Part shown: positions 1 to 10,988 of the stretch, one piece after another
Position numbering within the stretch: the first letter of the stretch is position 1
Layout of the letters: every line of letters begins with the position of its first letter
Source: Thraustochytrium aureum
Lineage: Eukaryota
Direction of reading: 5' to 3'
Assembly: GCA_012862495.1 (NCBI GenBank)
Contig: BLSG01000329.1
Span: forward strand, 52,651-113,451
DNA: 60,801 nucleotides
Position numbers and translations under genes: made by a program
Notes under the pieces: model-generated
Databases searched by the model: none
Told to the model about the DNA's origin: nothing
Seen by the model: only the letters and a program-made list of their open reading frames with translations

Positions 1-339
1 GCGCTCTCCGAGTGCCTGCGCAAATCTACCGAGCACGGCATGGTGCGCCACGAGGCCGCTGAGGCGCTGGGGGCCATCGGTTCGGACGAGTGCGTCAAGC
101 TCTTGGTGGAGTACCTGCACGACCCGGAGCCGCTTGTTTCTGAGAGCTGCGAGACTGCGCTCGACAGCATTGAATACTGGACCACCTTTGAGCGCGCTGC
201 GCTAGAGGACGACGACGACGACAACGGCGAAGCTGCCGTAGGTGTTGGCAAGGAACGGCCGGCTGGTTCGGACGACGGGCCCAAAGGGTCGGCGACGGCG
301 CCGCCGCCTGCTCCGTCCCAGGCCTCTGCAGAGGAATAG
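1..339 (+). CDS. DOHH: Deoxyhypusine hydroxylase, C-terminal part (5' end outside the window)
   Basis: HEAT-like repeat with the iron-binding HE motif EHGMVRHEAAEALGAIG...DPEPLVSESCETALD, followed by an acidic tail; the frame is open from base 1. Confidence 0.9.
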   Translation, partial: ALSECLRKSTEHGMVRHEAAEALGAIGSDECVKLLVEYLHDPEPLVSESCETALDSIEYWTTFERAALEDDDDDNGEAAVGVGKERPAGSDDGPKGSATAPPPAPSQASAEE

Positions 340-417
340 AACCGTGGCAGGTGCAATACAATTGGTATATGGTATAGAGGATGGTCCACGCCCGGAAAAC
401 ACTACAACGAAGCCCTG

Positions 418-3400
418 CTAGTTGTGCATCGACTTGCGGAACTTGATCCGCCCGCTGTCCGAGGCTGGCTCGCTCGGTCCCTGCCCCGCAGGGTCCTGGT
501 AGTGAAACGGAGGCGCCAGGAGCTCCCGCTGCGCGTTCCCAGGGACATGCTGACTGTGCCCGTGGAAACTGCCGTCGGAAAGCTCAACTTTGACGAGGTC
601 TCGCGGGTACTGTTGGTGCTCGTGCTGCTGCTGCTGCTGCTGACGAAGATGCTGTTGGTGCCCATGCTGCTCCAGGCTCTGCTCTTGGCGCAGCGGCTGA
701 GACTGCGACTGAGGGAGCGAGCCCGGGGCACTTGATTCTCCAAAGCCCGGCCTCGCGACCGCTTGCGACGCAACTCGCGACGGACCGCTTGACGACGGAC
801 CGCCCTTGAGACGCATCTGGTGAGCGCGAACCGAGCGCTGAATAACAAGCGAGGCGCTGAGGTGCCGCCGCCACGACTGGAAGTTTTTCCGCGCCAAAAG
901 GCAGCGCGTTGCGGCCTGTACCTGGATCACGCCTTGGCGAGCTTGCTTGTACTCTTTCCGCGCCAAAAACCCTTGCCAACCGCCTGGACCTTGATGGCCT
1001 TGCTCTCGACTTCCTTTGTGGCCAGAAACCCGGACGTCTCGGTCTGCACGCGCCGAGCGGCCATCACGTTGCGGCGTAACATCCACTTCCGAAAGTTGGC
1101 CTGAATTACACGCGCCTCTGCCTCAAGCTCGGAGCGCTCCTCGTCATGCATTGCAGAGATGACCGGCTCGAGCGCCTTCTCGTTCTCTGAAACGATTCGC
1201 TTGACACCGCTGTTGCCCGTCGCGTAGTCCTCATCCTCCGCTCGTCGTTGAGTGCCGGGGCCGCCGCCACCACGGGGCCCGTTGGCCTGCTGGCCAGGAG
1301 GACCAGCCAGCACACTTGCGTGACCTGCAACGGCCAGGCCATCCTGGCCGTGAACCTCAGCTGGCTTTGTATCGCGCGAGCTGCTGGTGCCCATGCCGAG
1401 GGAGAGCGCGCATCTATCCTTGAGGCTCATCGAAGCCAGCGCCTTGCGCAGCATTTTGTTGTGTTTGTCTTCGCGAGACTCTTTCGCGGGCGAGTCGCCC
1501 ATCGAGGGGCGCCGCCCGGCGAGGTCGTCGTTCGGCGTGGGCGGCAACGACGGCAGGCCTGGGGACCCAGCAGCATCCTCAGAGAGCTGCATCGCGATTT
1601 CCATGTCAGCGAGAGGCAGCATTTCAGCATCGCCGACGGCGCCGGCGGACCTGCGGCCCATGCTTGAATTGTGGGCGGAGGAACCACCTTGCGAGGACGC
1701 CACACTCGCCCCGGAGCTCATGCTCGAGTACGACAGCGGCCGGCCGTTCGGGCCCAGGAGCAAAGAGGTCGCCGCGGGGGCCTGCGCAGCGAACCAGTCT
1801 GCCAGGTCGTGAAAATGGTACTTTCGAGCGAGATCGGAGCATGACAAGCCCTCTGGGTCGAGGACGGCGGCATCTGCGCCAGCGGCAACGAGGCGCTGCG
1901 CGATCGCAAAGTCGCCAGCCTCGGCGGCAAGGTGGAGGGGCGTGTCGCCTGTGGAGGTCGGCTTGTTCGGGTCTGCGCCTTGGTCCAGGAGCAGCGCCAC
2001 AAGCCGCTCATGCGTAAACGCCACGGTGTAGTGAAGCAAGTTGAACCCAGACTCGTCAAGCGCGTCCATCTCGTCCACGAGATCGGACTCCTCGCGCGTG
2101 AGCTCCACCAGGACCCTCACCACGCGCTCAAGCAGCGACTCGCTCAGCTCTGTCAGCTCGTCTTCGTTGAGGGCGTCGACGTCGCGATCGTCGATGCTGT
2201 CGGCAGCGAGCTGCGAGGCGTCCACCCGGCCCCCCGACGGGGACGCCGAGCCAATATTCTTGTTCCACTTGCGCTTCAGTAGCCTGCGCGGCGCGGGAAC
2301 CGGGCTGCTGCTCGATCGCGGCGGCGAGCTCGCTCGAGAACCTCCCAAGCGCGAAACCGACTCAAACTGCCGCCCGCGATCGCCGGTCGGCGGGCTTGCA
2401 AGGGAGCCGCCGCCTGCGAGAGGGACCGAGTTGACCGGCGCTCGCGGGAGGCGGCGGGANNNNNNNNNNNNNNNNNNNNNNNNNNNNNNNNNNNNNNNNN
2501 NNNNNNNNNNNNNNNNNNNNNNNNNNNNNNNNNNNNNNNNNNNNNNNNNNCCTGCGAGAGGGACCGATTGCCGGCGCTCGCGGGAGGCGGCGGGATGGGC
2601 ATTCCACGGCCGGGGATTCGAGGCCCAGCCGGGAACTGCAAAGGTGCATTTGCAGCAAAAGGGACGACCCCCCTTGGCCCAGGTATTGCATATGCCGGCG
2701 GACCCTGGGCAACACCATTCGTCATGACGGGAGGGCCTCGCGGGGCGCCAAGGAACTGGGGGGACTGAAACCCACCGTGAGGTCCCATGTACGCCATTTG
2801 GTGGTGCTGGCTTGAAGGGTGCGCGACTGGGCGCGGCATTGGCCCGCGCTGGCCGCCGCCGTGCTTTAGCGCAGCTCCTTGCGGCGCTTGGCTGTTGACT
2901 TGGCCACCAACAACTGGACCCACACGGCCACGCTGCTGCTGCTGCAGCAGGTGCTGCTGGTGAGCGGGGTAAAGCTGCGGCTGCATGTGGTGCACGTACT
3001 TGATCGTTGCGTTGAGCCCAGCCGCTGCGCCGCAGCGATGGCCGCCGACGAAAACAGTGAACGGCACCGTCGACCCGAACGGCATGGGCGGCGCTCTACA
3101 ACGCACGACGCCGTGCGACGTGACGGTCGCTTGCACAGCGTTTGCACCGCCAAACCTCACCGACACCCGCAGCGCCGGGTCCAGCGAGCCAGGCGAAACT
3201 GGAAGGCCTGACCGCTGCGTGAGAATGATCATCATCTTGGTGCCGCCTTCGACCTCGACTTTATCGGGAACAAAGTCTTCCACGATGAGGCACGCAGGGT
3301 TGACGCGGTCGGCCGGCGGCAGCAGGGTGTCGTCCGTAAAGTCAATGTCCTCCAAGAACTCGGAGAAGGCCTCGTCGCCGTCCGCCAGCAGCTCGATGTT

Positions 3401-3940
3401 GTTCAGACCTAGTGCGGTCACAGGGCCCGGGAGCGGCAAAGTTGGCTCAGGCTGGTTAATAACAGACCGACTTTTCCAGCGGCAGCCGAGGCAGATGCAC
3501 GTGGCGCCGTGCGTCATGTTTGGGGCAGCCGTGTCCAAGTAGTGCACGAGCACGAGGCCGCTCTGCTTGTTCCGGAGGTCCCAGTAGCACCGGCGGTGGA
3601 ACGTCTTCTTTTCTGCAGAGTGCACGTGGCATGCATAGATGCGAACCTCCCCAAGCACTTTGAGTTTGACGTGGTCCTCGCGCGTCGCGACCTGGTTGCC
3701 CTTCTTCTTGATCCAGCTGTGCCCGTCGACGCGGAAGCTCTCCACCTTGTTTCGGTCATACAGAAACATCGCCCCACTCGCGGGTCGCGTCTGGACCAAC
3801 GGCACCGTCTCCAAGTCGCCCTTCACCCCGCTCTCCAGCAGCGAGAGGACCGCCGTGGACTCGAGGAACTTGCGCTGCGCGGCATCCAAGATGAAGTCGA
3901 TATCTTCTTGCGTGTCATTCTTCACCACCTCACTGCGCAT
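418..3940 (-). CDS. CAMTA: Calmodulin-binding transcription activator (CG-1 + TIG + ankyrin + IQ), broken by a gap and a frameshift
   Basis: CG-1 domain (SGAMFLYDRNKVESFRVDGHSWIKKK...TREDHVKLKV...FHRRCYW) and TIG-like segment (IVEDFVPDKVEVEGGTKMMI...VRFG...GVVRCRAPP) in ORF 2276..3940. Ankyrin repeats (GFNLLHY, GDTPLHLAA) in 927..2348. IQ motifs (VIQANFRKW, VQAATRCLLARK, VIQRSVRAH) run into ORF 418..1086. One extra base in the A5 run at 965-969 restores VQAVGKGFLARKEYK. Confidence 0.9.
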
Positions 3941-5382
3941 ACTTGCCCTCGCGCCTTTGAGCTCGTCGCTATGCGGCAGCCACAGGCGGGACTTGCTCCG
4001 CGCGCGTGCGTGCGCGCGATCGTCTGGGCGTGCGCGCGATCGTCTGGGCGTGCGTCAAGCGCGTCGCGCGTCCGGGCCGTGCGCCAGCCCCCGCCGCAGC
4101 GCACCGCGACGGCGGCGAGGAGGCAAAAATCGCCGAAAATCCGGCCGGATCGAAACAACAGCACCGCACGGAGAAAAAAAACCACGCAGACGCACGAGGC
4201 AAGCCGCGCAGTACTCTCGCGCTACGACAGCCCACGCCCGCCCGCCTCGCCCGCCTCGCCCGCCCGCCCGCCCCCGCGCCCGCCGCGGTGCTCCTGCTCT
4301 GCTAGAGTACTTCGTCTGCCCGCTCAAGGAATCGAGGCGGAGAACAGCGGGCGACACGCAACTACGCCCAAGGTGCAGACCGACCCTCTATATTAGATAC
4401 ACGCCAAGGTGGGCGGAATAAAATCGATTTAATTAATTTCACAAAATCGATTTAGTCTCACGAGACGCCCGCTATTTTTTTAACGGTGCGAGCCGGTGAT
4501 TGACGCCCGATGGATGGCGTGGAGCGCGTCGGTCGCGAGTCCAGCCGTATGGCCATTTATCTGTTCTGCAGTGCGTGGCGCGACGAACAGACGAGAAGCG
4601 CTCAAGCGGCCTTGCGTGGCATCAATCTGGTCTGGCGAGCTCGCACTGGGTGCACGGAGCCGGCCGGCATTCACTCGCTTGTCCGATTCGGGTGATCGTG
4701 AGCTTTGGCGGCGAATCGTCTAAATGAAAGCCGCCTGGCTTTGGATGGTCCCTGGCCTGTGTTTGTCCCGCGCAGCGCAGTCGCCGCTCCTCCAGTCACA
4801 GCTCCTCAGTTGCCGTTTCGGCCTGGCAGAGGGGCGCAAAGCGCTGAAAGAGCTTGCAGCCCTGACTGCCCATCTAACACTTGCAGTCAGTTCCACGCTC
4901 AGTACTCCGACGGCGCAGGCAGGGCCTGTATCGATGCTTCGCAAGGTGGCATCAACGCCTCCTCACCCAATCTCTTTGGTTCAAGATCAACCGTGGCGCG
5001 AACGGGGCATGCAAGAACACTTGTCCGTTGCACTTGGAGACAACCCCAACCCAGGCAGACTCCATACAAAAACCGTGACGACACAGCGCTCACTGTCACG
5101 CGAGAGCAACNNNNNNNNNNNNNNNNNNNNNNNNNNNNNNNNNNNNNNNNNNNNNNNNNNNNNNNNNNNNNNNNNNNNNNNNNNNNNNNNNNNNNNNNNN
5201 NNNNNNNNNNNNNNNNNNNNNNNNNNNNNNNNNNNNNNNNNNNNNNNNNNNNNNNNNNNNNNNNNNNNNNNNNNNNNNNNNNNNNNNNNNNNNNNGGAAG
5301 CTCTCAACGGAAGACAGCCAGCACAAAGCACGCGGCGCGTGCTCCAAGGGGAAAACCCAGTGCGGGCCTTGCTTGCCTGCGC

Positions 5383-6471
5383 ATGGCGGCAAATATCACT
5401 GACGACGTCGAGCGTGGTGGCGAGTCCACACGCCTCGCTGCCCTGTCGGTCTTCGCAAGCGTGTGCCTTGCCGTGATTTCGCCGCTGGCAACAGCGCGCA
5501 TTCAGCACGTGTATCGCAAATCTTGGCAACACGTCGATGCCATCGACATCATTACAGCTACGCTTCTCGTCACGTCTGGCATGTACGTACTAACAGTGAT
5601 TCCTGTGCTTGTGATGGGGTTTCGCGCGGAGCGGGCGTGCACCGCCACGCTGGTGATGTGTCTGTTCTTTTATGGACTTGCAAAGATTTCGCTCAACCTG
5701 TTGTTGATCGAGAAAGCCTTTGTGGTCAACCGCGGGAGCTACGTAGGCTCACGGTGGGCCCACCCGCTGTACCGGTTCAACTTTGGGATTATGCTCTTTA
5801 TCGTGGGATTCCTGATGGCCGTCTTGTTCCAGACGCGCACACTTTTCAGCGAGCTCGGGGTCTGCGTTTTGGATTATGGTGACGTCGGCATTCGAGGGTT
5901 TCTCACGACAGACTTTGTCCTGAGCACCTACTTGACGGGCCTTTTTATTCTTCCCATCCTTCGCACTCTCCGGGCTACGCAATCAGTATTGAGCAAAGAC
6001 AAGACGAACCGGATGCGACGCATAGCCTGGCGGTGCTTGTTCGGCGCCATTTGCATGATGGTGTCGTCGCTCGTCAATTTGACGATGACTGCGATTCGGC
6101 CGCAGCCGGCTGCATCCTGTCTACTGGCTTGCATAATTGACGTGTCGGTAAACTCGATCGGCTCGCATATTATCACTCCAATGCGACGTGATGGTCATGA
6201 CGGGGTTCAGACAACACGGCGCTCGGGCGATGCAACGGCGCGCGGGACTACGGGAGGGACGCCCAAGCCAAACACAGTCGCTCCAGAGACTGTAAGACAC
6301 CCAACGTCAACAATGACGTCAAAACTGGCGGCACGCAGACATTTCGAGCGTAGAGGGCTCAATGCACGAAATAGACTGAGTAACGCCCCGTTCGGCGGCG
6401 CGCAGATTGCAGGGCTGTTGCTGTTGACGCGCGAGGATGGCCCAAACCGTTTTAGTGGAGAAATTCCATGA
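5383..6471 (+). CDS. Multi-pass (about 7TM) GPCR-like membrane protein, paralogue 1
   Basis: ATG at 5383 (MAANIT, with an N-glycosylation sequon) and about 7 hydrophobic segments. Shares CLFFYGxAK, EK...V..GxY, LYRFN, LT..F..P, SSLxNL and C...C.IDVxxNS...H..TP motifs with 7575..8540. Confidence 0.75.
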   Translation: MAANITDDVERGGESTRLAALSVFASVCLAVISPLATARIQHVYRKSWQHVDAIDIITATLLVTSGMYVLTVIPVLVMGFRAERACTATLVMCLFFYGLAKISLNLLLIEKAFVVNRGSYVGSRWAHPLYRFNFGIMLFIVGFLMAVLFQTRTLFSELGVCVLDYGDVGIRGFLTTDFVLSTYLTGLFILPILRTLRATQSVLSKDKTNRMRRIAWRCLFGAICMMVSSLVNLTMTAIRPQPAASCLLACIIDVSVNSIGSHIITPMRRDGHDGVQTTRRSGDATARGTTGGTPKPNTVAPETVRHPTSTMTSKLAARRHFERRGLNARNRLSNAPFGGAQIAGLLLLTREDGPNRFSGEIP

Positions 6472-7574
6472 GGTTGGGTGGGTGCTGCCACGCTACGCTC
6501 AAAACAGACGGGAGACGCGACCTGAAAGGTATTAAATTAAAATAAATAAAAAAAATCAATAAATACCATTCACACCTCCCTCCATCATGGTTGCGGAAGC
6601 GCAAACCGCCACTCGGAACGCTATCGCGCGCTGCAGCTACATTGTTCTTNNNNNNNNNNNNNNNNNNNNNNNNNNNNNNNNNNNNNNNNNNNNNNNNNNN
6701 NNNNNNNNNNNNNNNNNNNNNNNNNNNNNNNNNNNNNNNNNNNNNNNNNNNNNNNNNNNCCGCCACTCGGAACGCTATCGCGCGCTGCAGCTACATTGTT
6801 CTTGTCAACCCATGTGGTCCCATGCCGCAGACATGCAATGCACTCCGTTGTCCTGATTCTCGAAATCAGGTTTGGTTCGTTCCATCCGCCCCTTCGTTGC
6901 GTTCATGCCAGTTCCCCCTCCAAGTACTCCCTCCCTCCATTGGAAAGCTCTTCGCGCTCTCACACTCGTCGTTGCGTCGCGCTGCGTTTGGTACCGCCGC
7001 GGAACGGGCGGCAACCGCATGTCCTTGGCCAAGCGCAACGGCTCTAACGGGTATATCGCCGCGGAGCTTGGCAGCCTGAAGCCATCGCCGCCCTTCGGCA
7101 ACCGCCCGGCCTGGACTGGGCGAGGCGCTGTTGCTGGGAGAGCAAGAGCCGTCATTGCCAACGCCTCAACGCCGTTTCATGGCGCTGAGGTCGACGGAGT
7201 GGAGATGACGATGCGCTTCTGTTCTGATCTCACATCATACTCACATCACACAGTGCCACACACGGTCCGAGCTACCTGCATGTGGGGCTACCCGCTGGCG
7301 TGCTACTTTCTGACAGCCGGAAGGCGCGCCGTGCTTGTAGCGCCTGTTGTTTGCGGCGCGGACGTGGGAGATTTCTGGACCGAGTGACAAGGGATTCCCA
7401 CACGGATCTGCACGCACCGGCAAGGATGGGGAAACGGACAAAGCTGTCACAAAATCACCCCAGCGCGAGTTCGATGCCCAGTAGACCCGCATCACAAGAA
7501 GGCGCGCGTGCTGCTCGCCTTGAAGAAACGCAGAGGCGCCCGAGCTGGGCCTGGGCGCCTCGTAGCGTAGCGCG

Positions 7575-8540
7575 ATGAGGACGCCGATCTCGCCAGAGGA
7601 TGAAATGCACTTGTTGTTCGGTATTTCGGTGTCTGCAGGGGTTTTCCTGGTGATCATCACGTGGATCACATCGCAGCGGGTAACGATTGTTCTGAAAAAG
7701 CCGCGGGCTGACCGAACTGTGATGGACAAGATCACCTCAGTGCTGCTGTCCGTGAGTGCTTTATTCTTACTTTGCGTCCAGCCGCTCGTCGCGACGCGAT
7801 TTGAGCTGGACCTGTTTTGCGACGCAGCGCTGGGCGTCTGTCTCTTCTTCTATGGCGGGGCCAAGGTCTCGGTCCTGGGGTTGCTCGTCGAAAAGTCTTA
7901 TTTGGTGCACAAGGGCACGTACGAGGGAATCAGGCTGCAGCACTGGCTGTACCGCTTCAACTTGGCGGTCCTCCTCGGATTTGGGCTTATTTACTCACTG
8001 GTCATATCAGAGTCACAAACGCTTTATCGAATGCCAGCGCAGCACAAGACGTGCAGCCTGCGCTACGGGGTTTCTGTGCGTGTACTTCTCGTCTATGACG
8101 TCTTGGCAGGGGTGTTCTTGACGGCGCAGTTCGTTGTGCCGCTCATCAAGACGGTGCGTGTGATGCCAGTGACAGATGCGCAGACGGAGGTCAGGCGGAG
8201 GCGTGTCAAAAGGCACGCCTGGACTTGCGTTTGGGGCGCTGCCGTGATATGCCTCAGCTCGTCGCTCAACCTAGGAACGATTAGCGGCGATGGAGAGTAT
8301 GCCGGGTTTTGCATTTTGGTTTGTGCCATTGACGTGACGATCAACTCCACGGCGGCGCATCTCATGACTCCAGTCCATACGCGATGGGGAACTGTGCATC
8401 CTCGGCGATCAGCAACGCCAAAGAAGAACGGAACTTGGACGCGCAGTCGCACGCCAATGTTTGTGCCTGCCAGGAAGGCGTGGGTCGCGGACAGCAGCGG
8501 CGTCCGCGACGACCACCTTTTGGGCTTGTCGGGGGTGTGA
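7575..8540 (+). CDS. Multi-pass (about 7TM) GPCR-like membrane protein, paralogue 2
   Basis: 321-aa ORF with about 7 hydrophobic segments, colinear motif by motif with 5383..6471. Confidence 0.78.
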   Translation: MRTPISPEDEMHLLFGISVSAGVFLVIITWITSQRVTIVLKKPRADRTVMDKITSVLLSVSALFLLCVQPLVATRFELDLFCDAALGVCLFFYGGAKVSVLGLLVEKSYLVHKGTYEGIRLQHWLYRFNLAVLLGFGLIYSLVISESQTLYRMPAQHKTCSLRYGVSVRVLLVYDVLAGVFLTAQFVVPLIKTVRVMPVTDAQTEVRRRRVKRHAWTCVWGAAVICLSSSLNLGTISGDGEYAGFCILVCAIDVTINSTAAHLMTPVHTRWGTVHPRRSATPKKNGTWTRSRTPMFVPARKAWVADSSGVRDDHLLGLSGV

Positions 8541-8865
8541 GTTGGGGCCCGGTCGTCGGCGGCGGGGCGAGCTCGGCGAGCCGAACGTATTTGAGTACTA
8601 AGGGCCGCCGCCAGAAAGAAATCAATCCATGTCCCTGTTTGTTTGGTGCTATCTCCTCTTCTCGTCTTTGAGCAGCGGTGCGTTGACCGGCGGGAGCGCG
8701 GCTCCAGCATCGAGCACCCGGCCCGTTGCAATTTGTGGAGGGTCCGACTTCGGGGTTGAGCTTGAAGGGTGGCTGGCTCCCTTCCCCTGCAGACTACTTG
8801 AGCCACCAGCAGGGATTGTCAGCTTCCGAGCCGGGCCAAGCGAGACGAGCTCTCTCTAGAGAGAG

Positions 8866-10443
8866 CTATGGGTCGGCCAGGAAGTAGTGAACCAGCGCTT
8901 GGACCGTGTTAAAGTAGATGGGGTCCTTCTGGGTGTCCTCGTGCCGCACATAGTGCTGGCCGTCGTACGCCAGCTCGGGACGCGCAAGTGCCATGGGGAA
9001 AACATCCAGCGTCGGGACCCCATACTGCGCAACGACGCGCTCAGCGATTTCGTTGACTCGACGGACCTTGGACTCCATCTGAAACGTCTTGTAGGCCTTG
9101 AGGATGCCGTGGTTGAGCTTTGCAGGGACCGAAGGCGTTTCTGATATCCACACCGCCTTGCCAGAGTAGCCAAGCCGCGTAAAGAGCTCGTACATAATCG
9201 TGTGCAAGTTGACACGGAAGCGCTCGTATGCGATTGGGCCGTCTTCGCGCGCAAGGTCGTGAGCGCCAACCGCGAGCGCAACAAGGTCGAACTGGTTTAT
9301 GCTGCCGTGGTTCGCTTCGTAGTTTTGAAGCAGCGCCAGCAAGGCGTGCGTGTCCATCACGCTGTACCCGTACTCGTTTTTTTCCCACTTTATCTGAAAG
9401 TGCGCCGATGCTTGCGTGTCCTCTGCTACAACGTCGTACTCGTTGAGTTTGTAGCCGTGAAAGTGGTTGCTCGTCGGCTCGCCCTTCATCCAAGTTGCAT
9501 AGCACCAGAAAACGCACCGGATGAGAGAGTCGCCCATGAACAGGACGCGCTTGCCCTTCGCCACTTGGCGCTCGTACCTGGGCAGTCGGCATCCCGTCGG
9601 TTGCCAGGTAAACTCGTCGCGCCAAAACCCGTTTCGAAACTGCGCAGGGAAGCGGCAGACGCTCTTCGCTTCACGCTGCTGCTCGCCCGCAACACCTGCC
9701 GCGCTAAAGACCAGGCTGCACACTTGGCGTTTGAGGTGCTCCACGGAGAGCTTGTAAGTGCCCGGCTCGGGAATTATGAAGCGTCCGATGTACTCTGCAG
9801 GGTGGCGGCCCGACGGGAGCAAGTCGACAGGAATCTTGAAAATGCTAGAATCGCTCACGTCGCCGTCGGCGCGCACCGCGGCCCAAAAGAACGGCAGCGT
9901 CTGTGTGAGGTTGGCGCCGAGGTCGTCGCGAGCCCAGAGGCTAAACTCGAGGATATGGCCAACCTGGGCTGCGCCCTCACGCTCCACGAACCCAGCTATG
10001 CACTTCGAGTTTGAAATGGACAGGGCCTTGCCCACGTCCACATCGCGGGCGTCGATGGCAAAGTCGTCTGTTGCCTTTGCTGCCCTGGTCATCTGCTGTT
10101 GGAGCGCAAACGCGCGCACGTTGCACTGTTCAAGGCGGTCTGAGAAGAACGCCGCGCGGCCCGCTGCGACGCAGTCACACGTTAGGTTATTCCCGCTGGC
10201 TTTGGTGCGTGCCAGAACAACCTGAGCTTGTTCGGCAGTGGTTGTGTCGCTTGGTTTGTCGGGCAGCCGCTCTGCGTCGCGCCACGCCTCCGGCGGCTTT
10301 GCGACCTGGGTGGGCCAGCCTACGGCGGGCAGCTGCTCCCTGCTTTCTTGCGCATTGTCCTGGCCAGGGATTTTCACCAACGCGAGGTGCAACAGGATCA
10401 CGACAAACCCAAGCGCCGCGCAAACTTTCCCACCATTTCGCAT
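8866..10443 (-). CDS. Type II membrane PC-esterase/SGNH (NXPE/TBL-like) putative glycan O-acetyltransferase or esterase
   Basis: N-terminal anchor (ALGFVVILLHLALV), Ig-like segment (YIGRFIIPEPGTYKLSVEH), WQPTGCRL...KRVLFMGDSLIR (GDS) and C-terminal DGQH (DxxH). Confidence 0.8.
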   Translation of the reverse strand: MRNGGKVCAALGFVVILLHLALVKIPGQDNAQESREQLPAVGWPTQVAKPPEAWRDAERLPDKPSDTTTAEQAQVVLARTKASGNNLTCDCVAAGRAAFFSDRLEQCNVRAFALQQQMTRAAKATDDFAIDARDVDVGKALSISNSKCIAGFVEREGAAQVGHILEFSLWARDDLGANLTQTLPFFWAAVRADGDVSDSSIFKIPVDLLPSGRHPAEYIGRFIIPEPGTYKLSVEHLKRQVCSLVFSAAGVAGEQQREAKSVCRFPAQFRNGFWRDEFTWQPTGCRLPRYERQVAKGKRVLFMGDSLIRCVFWCYATWMKGEPTSNHFHGYKLNEYDVVAEDTQASAHFQIKWEKNEYGYSVMDTHALLALLQNYEANHGSINQFDLVALAVGAHDLAREDGPIAYERFRVNLHTIMYELFTRLGYSGKAVWISETPSVPAKLNHGILKAYKTFQMESKVRRVNEIAERVVAQYGVPTLDVFPMALARPELAYDGQHYVRHEDTQKDPIYFNTVQALVHYFLADP

Positions 10444-10988
10444 CGTTGCGCAGCGAGACCCCAGGGCCGACGACGAGGGCCGCAAGCCTGCGGCACGCGA
10501 GGGCGCCCTGCGTTTTGCAGCGGGCCGATTGTCACCTTTGCGAGCGAAAGGCCAGCCCCCGCACGCGTCTGCGTCGATCAGAGAAGAAAAGCGCTTGTGT
10601 GCTCGCTCGCTCGAGGACGCAAGTCAGAAATGTGGACAAGGTGACGACAACTCGAAGAGGTCCCCGGACGGAGCGCGAAGGACGGCGGATTGGCTGTGCA
10701 CAGCCGACGCGCGGGCCGCGATTGTCTGCGCGAAAGGTTTTGGGGCGAGTATCTTTCTTTCTTGCCGCGCGCGACAGGCTTTGGCGAGGTTTCTTCTTGT
10801 TTCGTTGCGACTTTGAGCTTCTCAGGGAGGTTGTTGTCATTCTATTCGACGCGTCGAGGTCACGGGCACGGCGCCAAAAGCGCCATCCTCGCGTCAAAAT
10901 TGTGGCAGGACAATCGAGGGCATGCCAGCGTCGTGGCCTGCACTCCACATCATTGACTGTGTGCAGCCCGGGGGTTGTCCGGACTGGA

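Noticed and set aside
2413..2598. Apparent tandem repeats on both sides of N-gaps (also 6607-6803, 13400-13685 and 59490-59702)
   Set aside because: The same short sequence ends one contig and starts the next, which is typical of unmerged overlapping contig ends. They are not credible biological repeats or target-site duplications.
3998..4072. CGCG boxes and a 20-bp duplication upstream of CAMTA suggesting autoregulation
   Set aside because: CGCG is very frequent in this GC-rich sequence, so enrichment cannot be claimed by eye.
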